IMG/VR virus record: IMGVR_UViG_3300012347_000312 | Coordinates: 1-50,913 of that record | DNA: 50,913 bases | Strand: one strand, 5' to 3' | Origin: a virus | Taxonomy: Duplodnaviria > Caudoviricetes | Part shown: positions 1 to 8,700 of the stretch, piece by piece | Layout of the letters: each line of letters starts with the position of its first letter | How positions within the stretch are numbered: the stretch's first letter is position 1 | Notes under the pieces: model-generated | Database searches by the model: none | What the model saw: only the letters and a program-made list of their open reading frames with translations | What the model was told of the DNA's origin: nothing | Position numbers and translations under genes: made by a program

Positions 1-1
1 C

Positions 2-370
2 TTCATGAGTCTGCATATTATGGACAAACTCCTTGGTCCACGAAGATAAACCACCATTTCCATACATTAGTCCATTGATATTGTTACGTGCTCTCCAGCG
101 GAACACAGCGTTCTCGTATTCTTCATTAGGAAGAACAAGCGTTTGATTAAAAAACGATGGATCGGGTAAGTTGTCGCCATCGATGAGAATAAATCTGGCT
201 GTATCCGAGGCCTGTGCCGCTGCCTTGTGAGCAGCATCGCTGCCCTGTACGCCATCCACCCGTTTGGCCCAAGGCACCATGTTCTTAATCTTAACCCAAT
301 GTTCTTCTTTTTGTGTTTCATCATAGGATAGGTAAATGCAGTCTAAGTCTGCTATGTCAATTTGTTTCAT
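2..370 (-). CDS. Glycosyltransferase-like protein, GT-A type (3' truncated by window edge; absent from ORF track)
   Basis: Manual translation from ATG at 370: MKQIDIADLDCIYLSYDETQKEEHWVKIKNMVPWAKRVDGVQGSDAAHKAAAQASDTARFILIDGDN...YGNGGLSSWTKEF; DxD-like FILIDGD; overlaps stop of the upstream gene; open to the window edge. Confidence 0.7.
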   Translation of the reverse strand, partial: MKQIDIADLDCIYLSYDETQKEEHWVKIKNMVPWAKRVDGVQGSDAAHKAAAQASDTARFILIDGDNLPDPSFFNQTLVLPNEEYENAVFRWRARNNINGLMYGNGGLSSWTKEFVHNMQTHE

Positions 371-704
371 TTGTTTTTAATCTCCATATTTGATGCGGTT
401 CTGTTTCTGCAACTACAATGCTAACATCAGTAGGATAGCAAGGAGTTCCTGTTTCGCTAGGCATCAACTTCTTTGTGCGTTTGGTTGTTAGTTCTATTAA
501 CTTACCGTCGACTACCTTAACTTGCATGCTAGCACGTTGGTATTGTTCAGGGGTTACATCAATATAATTACCTGGTTTATCTTCCTGGGTGTAAAACAAT
601 GGGTAACCAGATTCGTTGTAATACAATCTCCAGAATACAACAGGTGGTTGCCAAGGCGCTAAGTTAGCGAATACATCTAGTAGGTTTTGTGTAGTGTCAT
701 TCAT
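357..704 (-). CDS. Hypothetical protein in glycosyltransferase cluster
   Basis: 115-aa ORF overlapping both neighbours (coupled arrangement). Confidence 0.7.
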   Translation of the reverse strand: MNDTTQNLLDVFANLAPWQPPVVFWRLYYNESGYPLFYTQEDKPGNYIDVTPEQYQRASMQVKVVDGKLIELTTKRTKKLMPSETGTPCYPTDVSIVVAETEPHQIWRLKTNETN

Positions 705-1473
705 CTATACGATCCTTTACATGTAGATGCACAAAGCCCCATTGTGCTACTGTTTGAATACGCAGAGGATTCATTTCCCAAACTAATTCATCAGTCCAAT
801 GTGGCGCAGAGAACGGACTCATCCCAGTCTTCATATGCACAATCTGTGGACCTAGCCCCGACGGTAATGTCACTTGCTCTGGCCCTAGTATTTGTGCAGC
901 CATTGCATACACTACATCGGTAGACGGGACTTCTTCGGGAAACTTTAATAAAATCTTGTAGCTTTCCCAATTTGTAAAGATTTTCCTTACAAGTTTAAAG
1001 AAATCTGTGGCAGTTTTGCTTACTCGCCAATAAGTTATAGCGTTGTACACATCCGGCAAGTTGTTTGTATCAAACAGTTTGCGATACTTTCTACTTGTAG
1101 CAGGTTGATCGTAGAAGTCCCTACTGCCTTGACTAATAACAACATCCCGATGCTCAAACAGTGTCCACCAATGGTCAACAGGACTTGCAACCATCATATC
1201 TGCTTCTAGCTTGATTGTTTGTCTAAAAGGTGATTGTGCAGCTACTAACCAATCGTTTGCGTAAGGATTAGCAGTATCAATATCTTCTACTATGTGTGTA
1301 TAAGCAAACAAGTGATGATCAGTAGCATACTTGTCGTTGGTTAACAAACAGATTCTAGCATCAGGATGATGCAGCAACAGCGTTTTTGCTAACGCTCTAG
1401 CACAGTCAACATAGTCAACTGATCCTGTGTTAAATGCAGGAATAATGTATCCGCGTTCTTCAACTGGCGTCAA
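697..1473 (-). CDS. Glycosyltransferase-like protein (GT8/GT-A-like)
   Basis: N-terminal RGYIIPAFN..YVDCARALA, SPFRQTIKLEADM (DxD-position variant), TDVVYAMA, C-terminal IVHMK; similar to the neighbouring ORF. Confidence 0.65.
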   Translation of the reverse strand: MTPVEERGYIIPAFNTGSVDYVDCARALAKTLLLHHPDARICLLTNDKYATDHHLFAYTHIVEDIDTANPYANDWLVAAQSPFRQTIKLEADMMVASPVDHWWTLFEHRDVVISQGSRDFYDQPATSRKYRKLFDTNNLPDVYNAITYWRVSKTATDFFKLVRKIFTNWESYKILLKFPEEVPSTDVVYAMAAQILGPEQVTLPSGLGPQIVHMKTGMSPFSAPHWTDELVWEMNPLRIQTVAQWGFVHLHVKDRIDE

Positions 1474-2269
1474 TTACAGCCTCCAAATACTTTTTACCCA
1501 TTGCATGAAAGTCTTGCCCTGCAATGCTAACACTTTTAGGCTTTCCGTCACGGCCTGCATACTTCATGATCCAGGCTTCGGCACTGCCATGCGTGTCTCT
1601 TGTTAATTCAGTATCGGGCATAGCACTCAACAAAGGCCAGGGAATAGAATCTACTTTTAATGTGTGACCGGATACAATACCCAGGGCAATACTCAGAGAG
1701 TAATCGTTACGGTAATGATGTTCTGTTATTCCGTATAAGTTTCTGTAGTGATTCCAGTTGTGTTTGATCATTTCCATACAATCAAAAATGTATTGTGCAG
1801 TAGGGCTTTTACGAAACATCATTACTGTGGCCCACCACATGGGAAACTTGTTGCGCCCGAATGTGTCTAAAAAAGGTTCTTCAGGGCGAGCAACATTAAA
1901 CGCATCTCTGTGTGCTAGAAAGTCTTGTGGAGCGTTTAAGACTTGCTGTAACTGATCGGAAGAGACAACGTAGTCTGAGTCAAGGACAATTGTTTGTTCA
2001 AAAGGTGATAAATTAAAGGCATCTGTTCGCCCTGCGTTGTGCCACGACACAGTGTCTGCATAATCTTCAAAGTACCTAGAACCCCCGGTTTGGGGTTCCA
2101 CTCGTATGACATGCTCAAATCGTGTATTGAGTCCTGGATCTGTTGAATCAGTGACGATTGCAACCGGAATGTTGAGAAAGCGACGAATCCTTTCAGCACT
2201 CCAAGAGGCCATCTTAACGTAATCAGTTTTTTCATTGTTGAACGCAAATATCAGTGCGCCTGTAGTCAT
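1460..2269 (-). CDS. Glycosyltransferase-like protein (GT8/GT-A-like)
   Basis: Likely start MTTGALIFAFNN at 2269 (ATGA overlap with upstream stop); SPFEQTIVLDSDY DxD motif, RNDYSLSIA, DFHAMGK. Confidence 0.7.
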   Translation of the reverse strand: MTTGALIFAFNNEKTDYVKMASWSAERIRRFLNIPVAIVTDSTDPGLNTRFEHVIRVEPQTGGSRYFEDYADTVSWHNAGRTDAFNLSPFEQTIVLDSDYVVSSDQLQQVLNAPQDFLAHRDAFNVARPEEPFLDTFGRNKFPMWWATVMMFRKSPTAQYIFDCMEMIKHNWNHYRNLYGITEHHYRNDYSLSIALGIVSGHTLKVDSIPWPLLSAMPDTELTRDTHGSAEAWIMKYAGRDGKPKSVSIAGQDFHAMGKKYLEAVIDAS

Positions 2270-2571
2270 CGTTTGTTGCTCATTTCTGTATACTCTACAT
2301 GCCAAGCATTCATTTGTTCATGGTAGTGTTGCTGCAACTTTACTAGGAATACTTGTTTGTCTACTTCAATTGGGTTGTTATACAAGTCTGCAATATACAG
2401 TTCAGCAATAGGCCAGCTTTGCACAAATGCAAGCAGTTCAGGAGTTGCTCTAAACATACCGCCGTTGTGGGCAAATATCAGTTTGGCCTGGTATTTTTCT
2501 TTAAGTACTCGTTTCGCACTCTCGTGATCAAACCGAGCTCGTGCGTGTGCAACAATGTTTTCAGTATTCAT
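2266..2571 (-). CDS. Hypothetical protein, first gene of the GT cluster
   Basis: 101-aa ORF after a terminator and a putative promoter. Confidence 0.7.
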   Translation of the reverse strand: MNTENIVAHARARFDHESAKRVLKEKYQAKLIFAHNGGMFRATPELLAFVQSWPIAELYIADLYNNPIEVDKQVFLVKLQQHYHEQMNAWHVEYTEMSNKR

Positions 2572-2577
2572 TTAAAC

Positions 2578-2606
2578 AGTATACAGGAACAATAGATAAA
2601 AGTAAA
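2578..2606 (-). promoter_or_regulatory. Putative sigma70-type promoter TTTACT-N17-TATACT, 6 nt before ATG 2571
   Basis: Minus strand tttact tttatctattgttcctg tatact gtttaa ATG; no SD sequence. Confidence 0.45.
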
Positions 2607-2624
2607 GGGCCCTAAGGCCCTTTT
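2595..2624 (-). terminator. Intrinsic terminator after the fibre genes
   Basis: Minus strand AAAGGGCC-TTAG-GGCCCTTT with a TTTACTTTT tail; 8-bp perfect stem. Confidence 0.75.
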
Positions 2625-2641
2625 GGTTAACCTAATTTAGG

Positions 2642-3616
2642 TTAGGATACTCCGGTAGTAGCAGAAATGCTAATTGCGCCCCATGTATTAGCGATGTAGG
2701 TTGTTTCAGGTGCAACATAGTTAACTACAGTAGTTGGGCCTGTGCCAGCTGCGCCGCCTGTGATAATTTCAGTAGAACCCGGTGTGGCCGAACTTGCGTT
2801 GATCCAAGCTGTGGTCATTGTCAACACTGTGGGGTTGGTGTTGTCGTTAACAGCGGCTTGTATTCTAATATGGTCACTAGTGTAAGGAGAACTATCTGCG
2901 TATTGATCATACAAAGTAGTTGCTACAGTAGTTAAGTTGTAGAATCCAACTGTGGTGTTCAATGTGGTAGGAGTTCCTGTGCCGCCCGACTTGGTAGTTC
3001 CAGTGTATGCAGTACCATTAATTGTATGCGAAGTGTTTGCGCCGCTGAGGTAAATGACCCCTGATAGCGTTTGCACTAGATCGTTCCATTCTGTATCAGC
3101 TTCTGTACCAGTAGATGTTTTTACAGCGTCCCATTTAATTAACCCGCCGGAGTTAAAGAAATAACGTGCTGCTGCTGCGTTAGCGAATGTAATTGTATGT
3201 GTCGTTGTAATTGTCCAAGCAGAGTTTGGAGTATTTGACGCTTGCCACCAAGTTCCAGTTGCTGGAGAAATAGTACTACCAGAACTAACTGCGTTGTTAC
3301 GGTTAGTAAAACAAGTAGACAAGTCAGTTGACACTGCATTTAAAATTGCAATTGTGTTACCAGCAACAGGGGCAGTTCGCGCAGTTATTGATGTTCCTTG
3401 GTGACTTGCAATAGAACTAATTCTATTAACCAAGTCGGCCCATTGTGTAGCTGTTACTGTTCCGCCTGCTGACACCGTTGATAAAGTTGTCGACTGTCCG
3501 TAACCGTAATTTCCGGCGCCTGTGCCCCAAATTGCATTAACGTTTCCGCCAGCAGTGGTACTAGCAAATCCATTATAGTCTGTTGATTGTATTAATCCAC
3601 CTACTGAATAAGTCAT
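2642..3616 (-). CDS. Virion structural / tail-fibre-associated protein (Thr/Gly/Ser rich)
   Basis: 324 aa, T/G/S/N-rich, motif FANAAAARYFFNSGG; directly after a fibre gene. Confidence 0.65.
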   Translation of the reverse strand: MTYSVGGLIQSTDYNGFASTTAGGNVNAIWGTGAGNYGYGQSTTLSTVSAGGTVTATQWADLVNRISSIASHQGTSITARTAPVAGNTIAILNAVSTDLSTCFTNRNNAVSSGSTISPATGTWWQASNTPNSAWTITTTHTITFANAAAARYFFNSGGLIKWDAVKTSTGTEADTEWNDLVQTLSGVIYLSGANTSHTINGTAYTGTTKSGGTGTPTTLNTTVGFYNLTTVATTLYDQYADSSPYTSDHIRIQAAVNDNTNPTVLTMTTAWINASSATPGSTEIITGGAAGTGPTTVVNYVAPETTYIANTWGAISISATTGVS

Positions 3617-3629
3617 TATTGATTCCTAA

Positions 3630-4919
3630 TTATTTGATCGTTACAATCGCTTCAACTGTGCCTAGTCCCGAGTCTGCCTTAGCAGTTAGGCTACGACCAA
3701 TAACGTTGAAAGCTGTTGCTTCGCCTGGTTGTGCAGCTCTTGCAGTACCGTTACCGGCAGAAACAAGACGATCGCCTTTATTAATTTGTCCAACGACTTT
3801 AACAGGAACACGGCCTGTCATAGCAACTGGTGGGTGAGTCTCGTCGTTACCAGCAGAGCTATTCATTAGATAAGCTGCTCGTGTACTTATGACCCCAAAC
3901 ACTTTATCGCTTAGGTCAGAAGTAACTCTTGTAATTTCGTTAATACCGCCTAGTTCGACCACAGTGCCTGCTTCGTACACTTCGTCTGCTGCAAATCGTT
4001 CTGCAACGTCAGCATAGTTAGCATTAACTTGGTTACCAGCAACTGTGCCGTTTGCACCGTAGATAGTAAGTGCTGTAGTTGGTGTGCCGCCTACGTTAAC
4101 AGAGAACGTCATATTTTGACCGCTTGTTTGGTTAGCAAGTGTAACAACACCTGCGCCAGAAACACTTAATTTAGCATCACTGTCTTGACCGACTGATAAT
4201 CCAGAATCGTTTAAGATAGCCAGTGTGCCAGTTGTAGAGTCATTGCTTGTTGCGCTCAAGAAGCCTGTAGAATCAATACCGTCTAGCAATTGCGAGTCTG
4301 TTGCAGTTCCCTGGAACAACGGAGTTTGACCACCAACAGTTGTTGCCATTGTCATACCAGGTCGAACTGTTGTAAACCCTGTGATAGATGATTGCGGCGT
4401 AAAGGTAGCATCCTTGCTCATAATAGCAACAACGCTGTCTTCCACGTAGAATTTAATAACAACGTGACTAACTGCAACGTTGTCAACAATAGTGTCAACA
4501 ATAGCGCCAGTAGTGCCTGTGCCAGCAGTAAATGCAGGGCCGACCAACAACCAGGCTGCTCCAGTATACACTTTTAATTGAGCGTTTGTAGAATCGTACC
4601 ACAAGTCACCTTGCTCACTGGTTGCGCCGCTTGGAGCAGATGCACTAGCAGTTGCGCCGCCGATACGCTTCCATGCAGAACCGTTATAAACGTTTAAAAT
4701 TCCGTTACCCGAATCCCACCAAATTTGACCTGTTAGTGGTGCGCCAGGTGCGGTTGTGTTAGATGAATTTTCTAGCAAGTGAATAAAGTTTTCGTCTAAA
4801 AACTCGCCGTATCCAGCGTAGTTCTTGCCTACTAAAGTCATTGAACTAGATGTGTTGATGGTACCATCTGCAATAGTAGCAAAGATTGCGCCATCAGTTA
4901 GGTTGATTGTATATGCCAT
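3630..4919 (-). CDS. Tail fibre/spike with C-terminal intramolecular-chaperone (autocleavage-type) domain
   Basis: N-terminal LVGKNYAGYGEFLDENFIHLLE, paired GQIWWDS / GDLWYDS fibre repeats; C-terminal NYADVAERF...GTVV...FGVIS...VAMTGRVPVKVVG resembling the phi29 gp12-type (Peptidase_G2) chaperone domain; SD GGAG upstream. Confidence 0.75.
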   Translation of the reverse strand: MAYTINLTDGAIFATIADGTINTSSSMTLVGKNYAGYGEFLDENFIHLLENSSNTTAPGAPLTGQIWWDSGNGILNVYNGSAWKRIGGATASASAPSGATSEQGDLWYDSTNAQLKVYTGAAWLLVGPAFTAGTGTTGAIVDTIVDNVAVSHVVIKFYVEDSVVAIMSKDATFTPQSSITGFTTVRPGMTMATTVGGQTPLFQGTATDSQLLDGIDSTGFLSATSNDSTTGTLAILNDSGLSVGQDSDAKLSVSGAGVVTLANQTSGQNMTFSVNVGGTPTTALTIYGANGTVAGNQVNANYADVAERFAADEVYEAGTVVELGGINEITRVTSDLSDKVFGVISTRAAYLMNSSAGNDETHPPVAMTGRVPVKVVGQINKGDRLVSAGNGTARAAQPGEATAFNVIGRSLTAKADSGLGTVEAIVTIK

Positions 4920-4947
4920 TTGGGTTACTCCGTGTCCTTAATTTATT

Positions 4948-4955
4948 TATTTACC
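4948..4955 (-). promoter_or_regulatory. Late promoter-like box GGTAAATA (tandem TAAATA)
   Basis: ggTAAATAAATAAA upstream of the fibre gene; resembles T4 late promoter TATAAATA; a gp55 homologue is in the window. Confidence 0.6.
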
Positions 4956-4970
4956 GATAATCTATCCATA

Positions 4971-5576
4971 TTACGCTTGACTTAAATTAGTTAAAGTCTG
5001 AATTCGTAATGTATAATCAATTTGAATCTGACGGTTCAAACTCTTTTGAACTGGATGAAAAATAACGTGTGTAATTAGACGCAAGTTATCTACGTCACCG
5101 TTCCAACATTTTAACCCCAATTCGTCGAATACATATTCGCCGTTGAAGTTTGTTGAATTGTCAAATGCTTGTTGCCCTGGTGGCTCGCCATAGTCTAGCA
5201 AGCAAGAAACTAAAATATCAGTATAAACTTTGCCAGTTGTGTGCAATACTGTCATTTTGTTATTTGTTGCATCTGTATTTGCACTCGAATTATCATCAAC
5301 AACTTTTGCATAAGTTTCGTTGTACAAATCAGCATTCTGACCTGTAGTATTTGGGGGCAAATACGTAATAACCCCTGTTGGGTCAACAGAACTTCCGCCG
5401 TTGCCAAAAGCCATAGCGTAAATCCAGCCCAGATCTCTGTTGCTCAAAGTCTGTGCCATTGCAATACTGATGTTTTCATAATGAATTGCATTATGATCAT
5501 CGTAGAAAATTTCCCCGTTGTTTGGGTCATGCACTTTGACATGTCCCGAAATCTTAGCCAAACCAGGCTGAATCAT
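4971..5576 (-). CDS. Baseplate/fibre-attachment virion protein
   Basis: 201 aa; MAFGNGG, FDELGL, LITHVIFHPVQKSLNR..IDYTLRI motifs; lies between giant baseplate gene and fibre genes. Confidence 0.65.
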   Translation of the reverse strand: MIQPGLAKISGHVKVHDPNNGEIFYDDHNAIHYENISIAMAQTLSNRDLGWIYAMAFGNGGSSVDPTGVITYLPPNTTGQNADLYNETYAKVVDDNSSANTDATNNKMTVLHTTGKVYTDILVSCLLDYGEPPGQQAFDNSTNFNGEYVFDELGLKCWNGDVDNLRLITHVIFHPVQKSLNRQIQIDYTLRIQTLTNLSQA

Positions 5577-5728
5577 GCTCGTTTCTCCACAAATTTTTCT
5601 TTTGTATTTGGATCAAAAATCCTTACAAATCCTTCAACACTAATGCTACCAGTTTCATTTGGGCGCTTGTTAGGAGACTGTTTAACAGTCTCCTGGGATT
5701 GTGGTAAATTGTTATCTTTTTGATCCAT
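5573..5728 (-). CDS. Small 51-aa protein (below ORF-track cutoff)
   Basis: MDQKDNNLPQSQETVKQSPNKRPNETGSISVEGFVRIFDPNTKEKFVEKRA*; GGTAAATA box 4 nt upstream; ATGA overlap with next gene. Confidence 0.65.
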   Translation of the reverse strand: MDQKDNNLPQSQETVKQSPNKRPNETGSISVEGFVRIFDPNTKEKFVEKRA

Positions 5729-5732
5729 GAAC

Positions 5733-5740
5733 TATTTACC
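5733..5740 (-). promoter_or_regulatory. Late promoter-like box GGTAAATA
   Basis: GGTAAATA-gttc-ATG. Confidence 0.55.
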
Positions 5741-5745
5741 TACAT

Positions 5746-8700
5746 TTACAGCCCGCGTAAGAACCTTGCGGCCTGAGTATTAGTATCCTGCAACGCTACT
5801 CCATCACTTGGTGTGTTGATACCTGGTTGATACCAATTTACACCTCTGCGCACTAAAATAGTAATACCAGTTCCATCTGCAGGCGCGGTGTCGAATTCAA
5901 CTCCAACTGGGGTAGCGCCGGTGATAGTATAACCATCGGTTACTCTAGTGCCGCCTACCCAAACTTCGACTGCGTCAACTTCTAATGTGCTATCAGTGTC
6001 ACTGAACGTAATGTTAGTTGCTTCGAATGCCACGGTAGAGCCATCGCCCAAGAAGTAGTTACTATCGATATAGTTTTGGAATTCTGCAGGCATAATCTCA
6101 CCGCGACCCATAGCATATACGATATCATCTGCTTCGTGTGTTGCAATAGCTGTACCAGCAGTACCGCGACGCAAGCTGCTAACAGTGTTATTGCCAACAT
6201 CTCTGTTTCGGTACATAATTCTTTCGCCACCAATAGTTAGTACTCCCCAGATGTTAGCTGCAATATCTGGCTCGTCGAGGTTAGACGCATTGTCAACATA
6301 AATTACATCATCATTCTCTCCAAGTGTTTGAGTCAACGCAGTAGTAGAATTAGATGTAATTCTGTAAGTTGCTTGAACTCCACGCATGTCTTGGAATATA
6401 CGGAACGCCATTTCGTTTGGAACCTGACTATTTGTAAACTCTGTGATCATTACAACATCTGTAACACCAATGACACCAATTGAGCTAGCAAGGATAATCT
6501 CCCCGTTAACTACTGTAAAGTCATCACCAAAGAACAAGCGGTACCCGTTTAGAGTCACAGCCATTCTTGATGGGACTGTATCAGGTCTTGCCATAAACAA
6601 GTCATTGTTAGTTACAGTTACACCATTGGTGTAGTCAAAACTGCCCGGATCGTTGTTCACCGATGCTGGAGAATAATCAGTAGTATCAAATCCTTCAGTA
6701 ACCACAGCGCCAGATGTAACTGGGCCAACGTACACAGTTGTTATCAGATCCTGTTGTCTAGTATCATTCCAGGTTGCAACACTAATAACATCTCCAGCAA
6801 TAGGAGTAATACCCTGTGTTGTGTCAATGTACAACGATGTTCCGCCAGTAACTCTAGCCTGTGTTTGAGTTGTTACTGCAATTAAGATACGCTGACCTTC
6901 AGCCGGAGGAGATGCAAATGTAATTTGACGAGTATCGCCAACATACGGATCAACAGTGAAATCAACTCCTAATGTTTGTGGAATATCATCAACGTAGACT
7001 AATACTTCGTTGTCCGAAATAAGAGCTTGACTAAATCCTAATCTATCAGGCAACACATACGCAGAGCTTCCGTCTGCATAGTGTTCGATACCAGCTGGGG
7101 TTCTTAGACGTTTACCGTTGATACCAACTATCATATTAGCCGGGTTACTATAAGCAAGACTGTTAGTCAACGCAAATAATGTAGTAACTCCGTCAGCAAC
7201 AATAAATTGTGTAGTCGGAGAGCTCCAGCTATAATTTACAGTGCTGCCGTCGATTGTGGTTGGTCCTAATGCATACAATGTTACCACGTGGTTAATTGTA
7301 AACGTTGTAGCAAAGGTAACCACAGTTGTGTTGCCTTCGCCAGCAGCATAAGTCAAGTTAGTATATCGTTGTCCATTAACCCATACGTCAATTTCCTGAA
7401 GTTGAGAGTATGCAACTGGAATAGTAACACTATTTCCAACTTCATTTCCTTGGTATGTGTTTCTATAGAGCTGATTGCCACCACCTACGCCAAACGCAAC
7501 ACCCTGAAGTACATCGCCAGGGTTAATACCCGATGTAACTGTGAATGTTTTAGATACCCAATTTACAGTATAGTTCACTCCTGGCACAAGGTTAACATTT
7601 GTTGTACGGTTGGTTAAGGTTCCACCTACCAAATACGGAATTTGAGTGTACCAATCACTGAAGCTAAACACTGCCGGAACTGTGTCTACTTCAATTGCTT
7701 GCCCATAAGTTGGGAATCCGTGTCCATTCAATGCCCAATCTGCACCTGGGCGTGTATAGATGCGCATGTCAAGCGTATCAAACTCTGCGCCAGGCACTAA
7801 TTCTTCAGGAGCAAAGCTCGAGAATGTGTCAATATATGCGCCACCGTCGACGTTGATGTCTGTGGCACGAGTTCCAAGGAACGGGTCTAAATATGGGCTT
7901 TCGTATATTGCATCAAGGATCGCAGGATCGTATGTTGCGCGACCTTCTGGTCCATACGATATGTTATCATATGGATTAATGTCAAAGTTTCCAATATCAA
8001 AACCAGTGTTCTGATTAAAGTCAGGGCCTGCAACTTGCACACCAGGATACTCAATTCCATCAATTAACAATGGAAGCTGTACACCTGGCTGGTTAACAGT
8101 AGGTGCGTAATAACCTTGCACACGATCAGCTGCACCTAATGTATCAGCTGGCACTTGTGTCCAAAAATCTGGATCAAATGTTGCTGCTGTAATAGTTGAA
8201 TCTGCTTCCCAGACTTGATCTTCGTAACGAACTAAGCTACCGGCAGCATAAGTTGTATTTGCTTCCCAGTTAACAATAGTCGAAGTATATTCACAACGAT
8301 CATACTTTATGGTAGTCTTTACGGATCTTACAAGCTGGTTGCCCATTACTGCATAAGCTCTTGCACCAACTCCATTACCTTCAGTGATTGTAATTACTGC
8401 GGTAGTTGAATAGCCAACACCTGGTTCAATGACATTGATAGCAACAACTGCGCCAGCACTGTTGATCACAGCTTCTAGCTCAGCTGGAACTTCACAGTCA
8501 CCGGTTACAGTAACCGATGGTGGTTCTGTGTATCCTGTGCCGCCGTCGATCATATTAACACTATCGATGCTCAGTAGATAGTTTGCATACCATTGACTCC
8601 AAGGCCAACGTGTCCAAATCTCAGAATCGCTATATGCATCTGAATCTCCATTTGGAGTTCCTGTACCCACTGCATTGCTCTTTGTGTACGGCAGTAGCAC

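Noticed and set aside
67-324. 85-aa minus-strand ORF in the track
   Set aside because: Out-of-frame shadow of the GT-like gene starting at 370 that runs off the window
2642-4919. Diversity-generating retroelement targeting the fibres
   Set aside because: No reverse transcriptase and no template/variable repeat pair seen in the window
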